A stretch of DNA of 64,000 nucleotides from the NCBI GenBank assembly GCA_002269645.1, contig NIVC01001868.1:1-64000 (forward strand), given 5' to 3'. Numbering within the stretch: position 1 is the stretch's first letter; every line of letters starts with the position of its first letter. A program made the translations under genes and the position numbers. The notes under the pieces are model-generated. The model was not told the origin of the DNA, did no database searches, and saw only the letters and a program-made list of their open reading frames with translations. The DNA comes from Macrostomum lignano. Lineage: Eukaryota. Positions 1-12,600 of the stretch are shown here, in pieces.

Positions 1-1192
1 CAAAATTCTTAACAACCCTCCTAAACAAGATTACACACCCAACATAATTTCTCAAGAAGCATGTAGACTGTGTGGAGCGAGAAATGGTTCCGATATCCTA
101 CACTACTTGACCGAATGTCAAAAAGCTCAAGAGATCAGGAAAAATTACTTCTCTGTCAATACCTCTTGTCTTAGAGATGACAACCATGCAGTACACAAGA
201 TAGGATATGCTACAAATGAAAAAAGAATCAGAAAAGAGCTAACTGGTGTAGCTAAAATATATGAAGTCATGAATAGCTAAAACAGTTATGCAAACTGAAA
301 CAGATGCATCAGCAGTGTAAAAAATCCGCTTTCAGTTGTATATTCATTTCCTGTCTTTTTTATTTCCTATTTAAATCCTCGTTAGTCGTTAGACGTTAAA
401 AGTTCGTTTGAAGTGTGTATATACTCGTTTTTCACGCTTTCAATATCACGAGCTTTCAAATACTATATCTTTTGTAGCCGCGTATTCCGGAGTTCGAATT
501 CCCGCCAACTATAGAAGACTTCGTTAGTCAAAGAAACTTGATTTATTAGCTTGCCAGCTTGCTTGAATTAGACTTTGACCGCGCGGGGGAGGCAGGGTGA
601 AAGACTCAGCTTAGAAAATCCTAGCCAATTGGATTTCTCCGACAGGGTGGGCACTAAGCACTCCATTGGTTAGGGTTCGTTATTCACGCGTTTACAGCCA
701 ATCAGAAACGAAAAGAAATTTCGCGAAAGACAATGCAGGGGTGGGGGTTGACGCAGAGAGAAAGAAAGAGAAAATAATAGAAAATAATAGAAGTGCACGT
801 GAACTCAAATTGAGCACTATTACACTTTACGAAAAATCGCCTATTATTGAGAGCATTCCTTATACTCGATATTTGTTATATTGACAGAAAAAAATATTTA
901 ACTTTTTGAATCGCATTTTAGAAGAATCGTTTTGCATCAAAGTCATACGGTATCTGTTTTTTTTTTTTATTATTCCCTACTTTAAATCTTGTTGTTCTGT
1001 TGGATCAGTCGTAGTCGTCCGAAAAAACCGTAAAAATTCCAGACGTTCTTTCAAATACCTTATACTTAAATACAATTAACAATTATCATTCAAATCGTAT
1101 TCATCGTTCATGTAAAAATAATCAACCTTTTGAACAAATATTAAATACATTGAATCATATTGGCAAAACAGGCTCTTGGCCTGAACCAAACT

Positions 1193-1338
<146 letters not shown>

Positions 1339-2558
1339 TGCTGGCTCCCAGATATTTGTAAACCCCTCCCGGTGTTCTCGATCACTACATTGGCTTCTCC
1401 TTAATTTTTTGATCTTATATATATTTAAATATCTCAATGCAAATAGGAATTCTATGATTTAAAGAACATTAACAGCAGATCTAGACCATAATTTTTGTTT
1501 TAATCAACAAAATTCTAAGAGTTTATCAGCGGAAAGTGTGGTAGTTGGATACCACCAATTGCTCGATGTGGAATTTGATTTTTTAATCACATTACATTTT
1601 CTGGACTTTAAAATTATGTTTGCCCCATTCTGGTCCCCGTTCGTCCACTCCCTGGCGCTAGTTGTGACGTATCCTGCCCCTTTTCTGTTCCCCTCGCCCC
1701 ATTTTCTGGCGTTTGTTCGTCCAATTTATGTTTTAAATTTGTTTTTCTATGTGTTTCTGCGGCAATTTTTGTTGAATCCTTTTTGGCCTTTGCGTTTTCG
1801 CCCTTCCCCAGTTTCTGGGCCTCGCAAGCCTTTTTGTGACCTGTTTCCTGGGTATTTATTACCGCCTCCTGCGCCTGTCCTCTCCTCATGCCTTTCTTCT
1901 CCTCTGACGTCCCTTTAACTCCCTTTTCCGCCTCGCCCTTAACTTAATAACGTTTATTTAACGCAGTCTACTACTTGAAGGAAAACCTAACTTAGTTTTA
2001 TTTGAGTAAGCCCGCACCGCGGCACCCTGAACATTAACGTCTGTCGCAGCTCGTTCAAATAATATTACTTTAACTATATAATAACTTGATTTACCGAATA
2101 ATAAATAATCAAGCCAACGGTTACAGCATCCTGTTACTTCATCTCTGGATTAAAAGTCATAGCTTTTCTTGAGTCATTTGCCCGCGGGGCGTAAAATAAC
2201 CCCGTCTCATCTCGAAGCAAGCTCTGAGACTTCAACGTTCCGTAATACGTAAATTACGGTGGTGGCAGCGCTACTCTACTAACAGTAATCAGTCAAGCAA
2301 TCGAAGTGCATTAACTACGGTGTCTGAGGACCCTCTCTGAACGCTCGCGCCTAACGAAGACCGCTCGTCTACGACCGAAACTACCCTCCCCCCGGAATTG
2401 AGGACCCCGGCAGCCGGAGTAAAACAGGAGGCAAACTTTCGTTGTGATTCATCTGTGCGATTTTCTGGCTTCAATTCGTGCGAACGCAGCGACGACCGGT
2501 TTCGAAGAAACCCCGAGTTCAAAATCCGCAATCGCCAAATTTAAAGCCCAACTTTTCT

Positions 2559-4372
2559 ACGCATTTGTTTCCCCATTGATATTCGCATTGATATTCGAAT
2601 TTTAACAAAAGCAAAATACTAAAAGCAACCCGTAGCATGAAACTTTACACAGAGTAAACTGCAACCGTGAAACGACTATTGGTCAAGTTTCAGCTCGATA
2701 TGTAACTTTGGCTTTGAGCAGGAGCGATTTTCGATGTGTTCCATTTAAAATACATGTGATTCCAAAATTCATATTGATATTCGAGTACAGTCTATTCTGA
2801 TATGAACATGCAAAATTGCAGTCGCCTTCTCGATTCGGTTGTCCTCTTACCTTTCGTGGATTCGGCAGCTCCTTTATTCAGGAAGTGTCAAGACAAGTTC
2901 GTAGCCGATACATTGCCACGTACAATGCAGGTCGATTGATACAGCTGCGGTGTTTTCGTCTGTATCTACGCCAGGGCGATTGTGCTCGGAAAAGTGCCCT
3001 TTTTCAAGCGTGACGCCCAATCACTGGAGTCATTTAGACATCACATCTGGGCGGTTATCGAAGTTTACAGTCTCGGAGGGAACCAAGAGTTTTGCCATGC
3101 ATGCAAAAAAAGCTGTCCTGATACATGCAGTCCTGTCGCCAATGCTCCGATCGACTGGGTAGGTCCAACAAAAAATATTTTCTCGATTCAGCCTTTTTAA
3201 AACTAATATAGGTTTACAACATACGAGTATAGCAAACCCTCTAGATGATTGACAGGATCAAAAAACATAACGCTACTGCCTGAACGACTGGCTGAATGCG
3301 TATAGCAGTCTGAAATTTGATAGCAATTATTATGATGCAATGCGACGATTTTTTCCAGATCGAGTGCCCATCTTGCTTGTACTGGTATCATGTGCAATCG
3401 GCCAGTCGAGAATTTTATTTGTGAGAACTGCCATACCGTTTTTCTACTACCTGGCTAATCTAAATCCGTACTATGCAACTTCAATTCGGAGCACTTCGTT
3501 ACATTTCTGCTGACTATTCATTTGAGCGATATGAACTTTTCTACGACTACAATGACTTATCTACAGTACTTAAAACATGTTGCCAACTGTTACTTGATAT
3601 TGTAAATTACTGTTTTATAATTCGTCTCTAAGCTGCATGGCATGCAAGTCACCCACATACTGCATGATTTTGACTTTTTACGTTTCTGTTTTCGTTTCTG
3701 TCGTTTCACGGTTGCAGTTTACTCTGTGTAAAGTTTCGTCAAGATCGGTGAGGCAGAAGTACCTGTACTCGAATATCAATATGAATTTTGGAATCACATG
3801 TATTTTAAATGGAACGCATCGAAAATCGCTCCTGCTCTCGATTGATACTAAAGCCAAAGTGACATATCGAGCTGAAACTTGACCAATAGTCGTTTCACGG
3901 TTGCAGTTTACTCTGTGTAAAGTTTCGTCAAGATCGGTGAGGCAGAAGTACCTGTACTCGAATATCAATATGAATTTTGGAATCACATGTATTTTAAATT
4001 GAACACATCGAAAATCGCTCCTGCTCAAAGCCAAAGTGACATGTCGAGCTGAAACTTGACCAATAGTCGTTTCACGGTTGCAGTTTACTCTGTGTAAAGT
4101 TTCGTCAAGATCGGTGAGGCAGAAGTACCTGTACTCGAATATCAATATGAATTTTGGAATCACATGTATTTTAAATGGAACGCATCGAAAATCGCTCCTG
4201 CTCTCGATTGATACTAAAGCCAAAGTGACATATCGAGCTGAAACTTGACCAATAGTCGTTTCACGGTTGCAGTTTACTCTGTGTAAAGTTTCATGCTACG
4301 GGTTGCTTTTAGTATTTTGCTTTTGTTAAAATTCGAATATCAATGCGAATATCGATGGGGAAACAAATGCGT
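2559..4372. mobile_element. Non-autonomous long-TIR DNA transposon (MULE/foldback- or hAT-like) with 8-bp TSD
   Basis: The left arm 2559-2790 (acgcatttgtttcccc...gagtacag) is the reverse complement of the right arm ending 4372 (...ggggaaacaaatgcgt). ACTTTTCT is duplicated at 2551-2558 and 4373-4380. No recognisable transposase inside. Confidence 0.85.
3701..4293. repeat. Three tandem copies (about 176-190 bp) plus a partial copy of a TIR-derived unit in the right arm of the 2559-4372 element
   Basis: The unit tcgtttcacggttgcagttt...ttgaccaatag repeats near 3701, 3891, 4067 and partially at 4256. Confidence 0.9.
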
Positions 4373-4470
4373 ACTTTTCTTCCTCCGCCCCTGCACCTCT
4401 AAAGTTTAATTTCGCAATATTTACAGTGCATGAGCTCAGCTCTATTTACTATTTACTATTTACTAATTAC

Positions 4471-5035
4471 AGTCACGTATATGTTTGATATGATGGCTCT
4501 GTTATGATTGACATGGTGGCTCTGTTATGTTTGACATGGTGGCTCTTTTATGTTTGACGTGGTGGCTCTTCTATGTTTGACATGGCGGCCCTTTTACATT
4601 TGAAATGGTGTCTTTTTTATGTTTGGCATGCTGGCTCAATAATGTTTTGACATTGTAGCTCTTCTATGTTTGATACTAAAAGTCTAAAAGAGCCATATAT
4701 GTGACTCCATGTCAAACATATATGTGACTCCATGTCAAACATGAAACATAAAAGAGACACCATGCCACATAAGGGAACCACTATGTCAAACATATATGTG
4801 ACTCCATGTCAAACATTAAAGAGCCACCATGTCAAACAACTGAGCTACCATGTCCATGTCAAAAATAACAAAGACACCATTTCAATTTTCAAATGTAAAA
4901 GGGCCGCCATGGCAAACATAGAAGAGCCACCATCTCAAACATTAAAGTGCTACCATGTCTAACATAGAAGAGCCCCCATTTCAAACATAAAAGAGGCACC
5001 ATTTCAAACATAAAAAGAAGTGTCATGCAAAACTA
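4471..5035. repeat. Foldback (inverted) degenerate minisatellite, about 21-22 bp unit
   Basis: atgtttgacatggtggctct units at 4471-4680 switch to the reverse complement agagccaccatgtcaaacat at 4690-5035. Confidence 0.75.
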
Positions 5036-5099
5036 AATGGAGCCACTATAAAGCTAAGGAAATTATTGCACTAGGCCTAGCTACTTGTTCTCTAGTGGA

Positions 5100-5460
5100 G
5101 GCTTGCTATTTAAGGATAGATACTTGCTATCTGAGGGATGCTTGTTATTAGGGGATGCTTCCTATTGGAAGGATGCTTGCTACTGGGGTAACTTGCTATT
5201 GGGAAATGCTTGCTCTTGGGGGGGGTAGAGGGTATTTGCTATCTGAGAGGGGATTACTAGATATCTATAAGGTCTCTTTGTATCTAGGTTAGGTTATGCT
5301 TGCTATCTGGGGGATGTTTGCTATTGGGGGGATGCTTGCTATCTGGGAGATGCTTGCAGTCTAAGGATGCTTGCTATCTAGGAGATGCTTGCAGTCTGGG
5401 GATGCTTGCTATTTGGGAATTGATGCTTGAATGCTGTCTAAGGATGTTTGCTGTCTTGGA
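5100..5460. repeat. Degenerate tandem repeat (gggatgcttgctatct-like, about 18 bp)
   Basis: Recurrent ttgctatct/gggatgc motif with many mismatches. Confidence 0.65.
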
Positions 5461-6635
5461 ATGTTTTGTTTTTAGAGGGAATGTCTGTTGTTTATTTATG
5501 AAGGCTTTATTTCACTGTCTATTTGTTATTTGTAAAGAACAAGGATTCTATCCAGATATCTCCCATTGGGAGGCAAAGATTGCTAGTGCCTATACTATAG
5601 GCCTAGTTGCTTCAATATGGTGCAAGTCATGGATAGTGTCATGGATTAATTTTAACATTTAACATTTAATAATTTTATTTACCTTGTGTTATATCTGTCC
5701 TTGTTTATGTAATAGACTTTGTTTTTATTTTATGAGTAGTAGGCAAATTTTCTTAGAAACATATAGGCCTGATTTCAAAACTCTATTATTTTGTTGTAAA
5801 TAAAATTTTACTATAAATAGGAACCAACTAAGAGCCAGATCAAATTAATTGTTTCAATACTATTTCTGTCATTGCTGTTGTATTTCTTTCAAGCATTCTA
5901 TAGTCTCATAGATGTCCTTTTTAGTGAAAATTCCCACATAGATAGCCCTATAAAAATCTGTGCCATGCTGCTATCTAAAATTATAAACAAGTTCTAAATT
6001 CTGAACAATTTGGAAAAGTAAGTCTGTGGGCTTATATTAGGTCTAAAACTGATATGTGTTAGATTAAAATGATAATGTTAGATTAAAATGATAAATGATG
6101 CAAGGTTATTGTTTGCATTTGATGGTTGAATTAGGAATCTTGAATGCGTAGCTCTAGATGTGGTCTTAATGGGAAAAGGGATGAAACTGAGAGGGGAGCT
6201 CTGCAAAAAAGGGTATACTGCCATAGACTAACTAAACAGTAACAGAACAAAAGTTAAGTGAAGCTTAAGTCATATAATATACAACATAGACAGAGAAGCA
6301 ATAATGCACTAAAGCTATAGGCTGAGCTCTAATGCACAACAAAAACTTTAGGTCAATAAGGTTATTTTAGTGTTCTTGGCCTTAGTTTATGATGATCTAT
6401 TTTAGGCTTATACATGCACATAAAATTTTGTGTTGTTAAAAGTAGCATTAATAAATCATCTTTTTTATCTATAGAAAATGAATAAAGCATATCTTAGTAC
6501 TTGCACTATGATATTTCTCTTACATTAAAATGCAAATAAAAGTATACTTTTTATGGTTATTGACTGATACAACAATAAAAATACTGGTTATTTGCATGCT
6601 ATCTGTCTGGCACTTTATCTGTCCCCTATAAGACT

Positions 6636-9600
6636 ATGGGAAAAGGTCGATGCTGCAAGGATGATGAAGCTGAATACAGTGAGCCTTTGTAATATTTTTT
6701 CGAAGTTGCGTTTTTGTGAAAAACATCACTTCATAATTGTTTTACTACTCTGCAGACAAAGTCAGAGACCACGACAAAGACTTCAAAGGACCAATTGAAA
6801 ATCGATCCTGCACTGACATTGTCTGTTGTCTGCTCTTTGTAGCATGTGTCATCTTGCTACTGCTGATTGCCACTGTTGGTGAGTAGTATCTGTAGATTTA
6901 GTTCTAATTAGTAGGTTTAGTTCTAATTAGTAGATAACAGGACTTTATTGGTCAGTAGCATCCAGGAGGACTTTATTGGGTCAGTAGCATCCAGGAGGAC
7001 TTTATTGGGTCAGTAGCATGCAGAAGGGCTTTATTGGGTCAGTAGCATGCAGAAGGGCTTTATTGGGTCAGTAGCATCCAGGAGGACTTTATTGGGTCAG
7101 TAGCATCCAGGAGGACTTTATTGGGTCAGTAGCATGCAGAAGGGCTTTATTGGGTCAGTAGCATGCAGAAGGGCTTTATTGGGTCAGTAGCATGCAGAAG
7201 ACTTTATTGGGTCAGTAGCACCCATAAGGACTTTATTGGGTCAGTAGCATGCAGAAGGGCTTTATTGGGTCAGTAGCATGCAGAAGACTTTATTGGGTCA
7301 GTAGCATGCAGAAGGACTTTATTGGGTCAGTAGCACCCAGAAGGACTTTATTGGGTCAGTAGCATGCAGAAGAAGGACTTAATGATTGATGACAATTTGA
7401 TTTGATTTCCAGCTTTTATCAGAGGCGACTACAGGCGCGTGATCTATCCAACTGATTCTAATGGCCAGATCTGCGGCCGCGATGTTCAGTAAGCTTGCAC
7501 ATACATATATATGCATCGATTTTATTTGTACATTAGTATACAACAGCTTTATAGATAGGAATTTTGTACTGTATTTTCATGCTAGGCCATGTCTAATTTA
7601 TCAATCCATTGGCTGCATTTCCGCTTTGGCCTATTATTATTCAGTGTGTAACATTAATATAGTAGTGTCGGAGCGCCACTTCTATAACTGGTGCGAGTGC
7701 AAGCGGCAACGATAATATGCTTGTTTCCATACTCTGCCACTGGGCAAATAGTATATGCGCATGGTATAGTATCATTCCCTTCTATATCCTCTCTGATTGC
7801 GCAGCCTATTTGCGAACTGCTGCGCTCGTATTCTTTATTGCTACTAAAAGCCTGCTGTTTCTCTCTACCCTTTTGCCCCTAATATATCCTTCTATCCATA
7901 CTAACCATTAACTCGATTTGTAGATAACTTATCTTGCTCTATCCGATAGAAAAAAATAGCAACTTCTGTTGAAGCTACTGATATAAAGACATTTAAGAAT
8001 GTACAGCAGTCTGATCGCAGAATGTACAGCAGCTCACATGCTGAATGTACAGCAGTCTACATGCTGAATGTACAGCAGTCTACATGCTGAATGTACAGCA
8101 GTCTACATGCTGAATGTACAGCAGTCTACATGCTGAATGTACAGCAGTCTACATGCTGAATGTACAGCTGTCTACATGCTGAATGTACAGCAGTCTGATC
8201 GCAGAATGTACAGCAGTCTACATGCTGAATGTACAGCCGTCTACATGCTGAATGTACAGCAGTCTGATCGCAGAATGTACAGAAGTCTACATGCTGAATG
8301 TACAGCAGTCCACGTGCTGAATGTACAGCAGTCCACGTGCTGAATGTACAGCAGTCCACATACTGAATATACAGCAGTCCACATGCTGAATGTACAGCAG
8401 TCCACAAACTGAATATACAGCAGTTCACATGCTGAATGTACAGCAGTCCACATGCTGAATGTACAGCAGTCAACAAACTGAATATACAGCAGTTCACATG
8501 CTGAATGTACAGCAGTCCACATGCTGAATGTACAGCAGTCCACAAACTGAATATACAGCAGTTCACATGCTGAATGTACAGCAGTCTACATGCTGAATGT
8601 ACAGCAGTCCACAAACTGAATATACAGCAGTTCACATGCTGAATGTACAGCAGTCCACATGCTGAATGTACAGCAGTTCACATGCTGAATGTACAGCAGT
8701 CCACATGCTGAATGTACAGCAGTTCACATGCTGAATGTACAGCAGTTCACAAACTGAATATACAGCAGTCCACATGCTGAATGTACAGCAGTTCACATGC
8801 TGAATGTACAGCAGTCCACATGCTGAATGTACAGCAGTTCACATGCTGAATGTACAGCAGTTCACAAACTGAATATACAGCAGTTCACATGCTGAATGTA
8901 CAGCAGTCCACATGCTGAATGTACAGCAGTTCACATGCTGAATGTACAGCAGTCCACATGCTGAATGTACAGCAGTCCACATGCTGAATGTACAGCACCA
9001 GTTTGCATTCCGCACTCCCGCATCCTTAGAAACCGGACCCGCCTGGTGTTCTTCGATCTGACCGTGTGCGCCCGCATGGGCCTGGCCGCAGTCCAGCTGG
9101 GCTGCCCAACGCCGCAGGTGTGCGTAGCCAGCTGCCCAACCAGGATGTGGGCCTGGTTGCCGGCTCACCTGGCTGAGACTGGCGGCGATTTGAATGGCCC
9201 AGTCAAAACAACAATTGCTGCCGAACGGGAGAAGATGGTCTGTCTGGGCGGGCGCAACGCCATGGAACCTGAGTACCAGTCCCTGAGCATCCGTGACCTG
9301 GTTCAGAATCACTTGTGCGCACCCTACACCCTGCCGTCCGTGAGCATGCTTGGCCGCTGCCTGCCAAAACTGCTGAAGGGTGTCGGCGGCCGGGTTGTCA
9401 GCAGCATGACCACTCTGCCTAACAATGTTACCAGCGCTAACAATCGCAGTATCGGGGCGGACACCGTGCGAAGGGGTACCAACACTATGGCTAGGTTTAT
9501 CAAGGTGTACAGCTATCTGCAGGTGAGCTCTTTTGCTGCGTTGCTGTTCGAGAACCTAGAACTTATTCAGCCACACCGCCATCTCCCTGCCAGTCCCCAG

Positions 9601-12600
9601 CCACACCGCCATCTCCCTGCCAGTCCCCAGCCACCGCCATCCCTGCCAGTCCCCAGCTACACCGCCATCTCCCTGCCAGTCCCCAGCTACACCGCCATCT
9701 CCCTGCCAGTCCCCAGCCACACCGCCATCTCCCTGCCAGTCCCCAGCTACACCGCCATCTCCCTGCCAGTCCCCAGCCACACCGCCATCTCCCTGCCAGT
9801 CCCCAGCTACACCGCCATCTCCCTGCCAGTCCCCAGCCACACCGCCATCTCCCTGCCAGTCCCCAGCCACACCGCCATCTCCCTGCCAGTCCCCAGCCAC
9901 ACCGCCATCTCCCTGCCAGTCCCCAGCCACACCGCCATCTCCCTGCCAGTCCCCAGCCACACCGCCATCTCCCTGCCAGTCCCCAGCCACACCGCCATCT
10001 CCCTGCCAGTCCCAACCACACCGCCATCTCCCTGCCAGTCCCCAACCACACCGCCATCTCCCTGCCAGTCCCCAACCACACCGCCATCTCCCTGCCAGTC
10101 CCCAACCACACCGCCATCTCCCTGGCCCCGTAGGCGCTATTCGAAGACGTGGTGCAGTCGTGGCAGTGGATAGTCGGTGGCTGCCTGCTAGCTGTGGCTG
10201 TCAGTCTGCTATGGGTGCTTCTGCTCCGCTACCTGGCCAAGCCAATTGTAATCCTATCCATAGTACTGTTTGTACTGCTATTCGCGGCCGCCACAGCTTT
10301 CACAGTGTACAAGTACATTATCTTGCGCGGCCAATCGGATTCGTTGGAGAAGAACACAAAGCTAACTTTCGATTTTGGCTATTATTTGCACCTGTCTCGT
10401 ACCTGGCTGTTTCTAGCTATCGTGTCCGGTAGTCTGTTCATCATTGTGCTGTTCCTGCTGATCTGGCTGCGCCGGCGAATCTGCATTGCCATAGCTTTGA
10501 TCTCTCACACTAGCCACTGCCTAGGCCATATGATGTCCTGTCTGGTGTTCCCTCTGCTACCGTTTGTACTGCAATTTGGCGTGTTAGTGTTCTTCATTAT
10601 CACGGCTATCCATATTAGCAGTTTGGGCGATCCGGTGATGCGCCAGATTGACAATGAGACTTTTCTCGCGGACTTGAATTTTACTTCGCTAAGCACCGAG
10701 GAAGCCAAGCAGAAGATTAACGATTTGCTTACCCATCTGATTCCGTGCAATCCTAATGTGAGTTCCGATTGCCCGTTTTATTTTATTGATATGCTTTTGA
10801 TATTTAAGAAACTGTTTTGGTTGCGAGTAGGTCTCCATTTTCTGCTCGAAATATTTTAGCGACTAACGAACTTGAAAGTTTGTCGAACTTTTTGTGAAAC
10901 TTTTTTTGAAGAATCCCAATATCTGCATAGCAATGTACAACTCATGGCAATGTAAAGCTGACATAGCAATGTACAGCTGGCATAGCAATGTAAAGCTGGC
11001 ATAGCAATGTACAGTCGGCATAGCAATGTACAGCTGGCATAGCAATGTACAGTTGGCATAACAATGTACAGCTGGCATAGCAATGTACAGCTGGCATAGC
11101 AATGTACAGCTGGCATAGCAATGTACAGTTGGCATAACAATGTACAGCTGGCATAGCAATGTACAGCTGGCATAGCAATGTACAGCTGGCATAGCAATGT
11201 ACAGTTGGCATAACAATGTACAGCTGGCATAGCAATGTACAGTCGGCATAGCAATGTAAAGCTGGCATAGCAATGTACAGTCGGCATAGCAATGTACAGT
11301 TGGCATAACAATGTACAGCTGGCATAGCAATGTACAGTTGGCATAACAATGTAAAGCTGGCATAGCAATGTACAGTCGGCATAGCAATGTACAGTTGGCA
11401 TAGCAATGTACAGCTGGCATAGCAATGTACAGTCGGCATAGCAATGTACAGTTGGCATAGCAATGTACAGCTGGCATAGAAATGTACAGCTCTTATAGCA
11501 ATACCAATCATTACATATCTTAAATTTTGCAATGATGAGGCGATTTTGCAAGCAAACAGCTAAATTCACGCATTATCCTTTATTACAGTCAACCAACGTT
11601 GCGGGCTCCATGTGCCGCTTTCTGAAGTACGGAGATGACGCGTAAGTTTTTACTGTGTGTCTACTTTCAGTAATATGTAATGCAGCAGTTCTGTTTTGTA
11701 AATTTGGTATACTAATTACTAACTAAAACACGCAGATTCGGGCCCTACATGCAGTTGTTCAACATCTTCATGTTCTTCTGGCTGTTTAACTTTGTTGACG
11801 CTCTGTGCGAGATGACGCTGGCTGGAGCCTTCGCCTCGTATTACTTTGCTTTTAAGAAGCCTGACGACATACCGGCTACTCCGCTACTTAGCTCATTCTG
11901 GCGCTGCATTCGGTTCGTGTTCTGAGTTCCTATTCTGGTTGACATTGGGCCCGCCTTTAGCTTCTTTTAGCGAGCCGCTGCCCCAATTATCCTTTATGTA
12001 CACCATAGGTGCTTCAGTGATACACCATAGGTGCTTCAGTGATCCCCCATAGGTGCTTCAGTGATCCCCCATAGGTGCTTCAGTGATACCCCATAGGTGC
12101 TTCAGTGATACCCCATAGGTGCTTCAGTGATACCCCATAGGTGCTTCAGTGATACCCCATAGGTGCTTCAGTGATACCCCATAGGTGCTTCAGTGATACC
12201 CCTATATGTCTCTGAGATACCCAGATTGGTCTTTCAGTGATCTCAGTGAGTTTAAATGTACTTCACTAGCTACTGCACTTTTAATAGTTTTTTTCTACTG
12301 TCCGTAGAATGCCACGCAAATGTACTTCTATGAAAATTTCAGGTATCACATGGGCTCCATCGCGTTTGGCTCGCTGATAATTTCCATCGTGCAGCTGATC
12401 AGGGTGATGCTGGAGTATCTCGATCACAAGCTCAAGGACACTCAGAATCCAGTTGGTCAATTCTTTCTCAAGTGCCTGAAGTGCTGCTTCTGGTGTCTGG
12501 AGAAGTGTCTGAAATTTCTTAATCGCAACGCTTACATACTGGTGAGCTTAAAATTGTAATGGGGCGCTTTCACAAACTAGAAGCTTGACAAACTAGAACT

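Noticed and set aside
478-515. B-box-like gttcgaattc suggesting a tRNA or SINE
   Set aside because: No A box at appropriate spacing and no cloverleaf or second copy in the window.
625-705. CCAAT-box cluster as a promoter
   Set aside because: No gene start nearby in the window to link it to, and the motifs are too short to support a call.
2790-3700. Transposase, Fanzor or TnpB remnant inside the long-TIR element
   Set aside because: Only short ORFs with no DDE, RuvC or zinc-finger motif that I can recognise; an HMM search would be needed to exclude a highly decayed gene.
8965-10173. 402-aa ORF as a single gene
   Set aside because: Only 9030-9522 is CTL exon 4; the rest is read-through into the intron 3 and intron 4 repeats.
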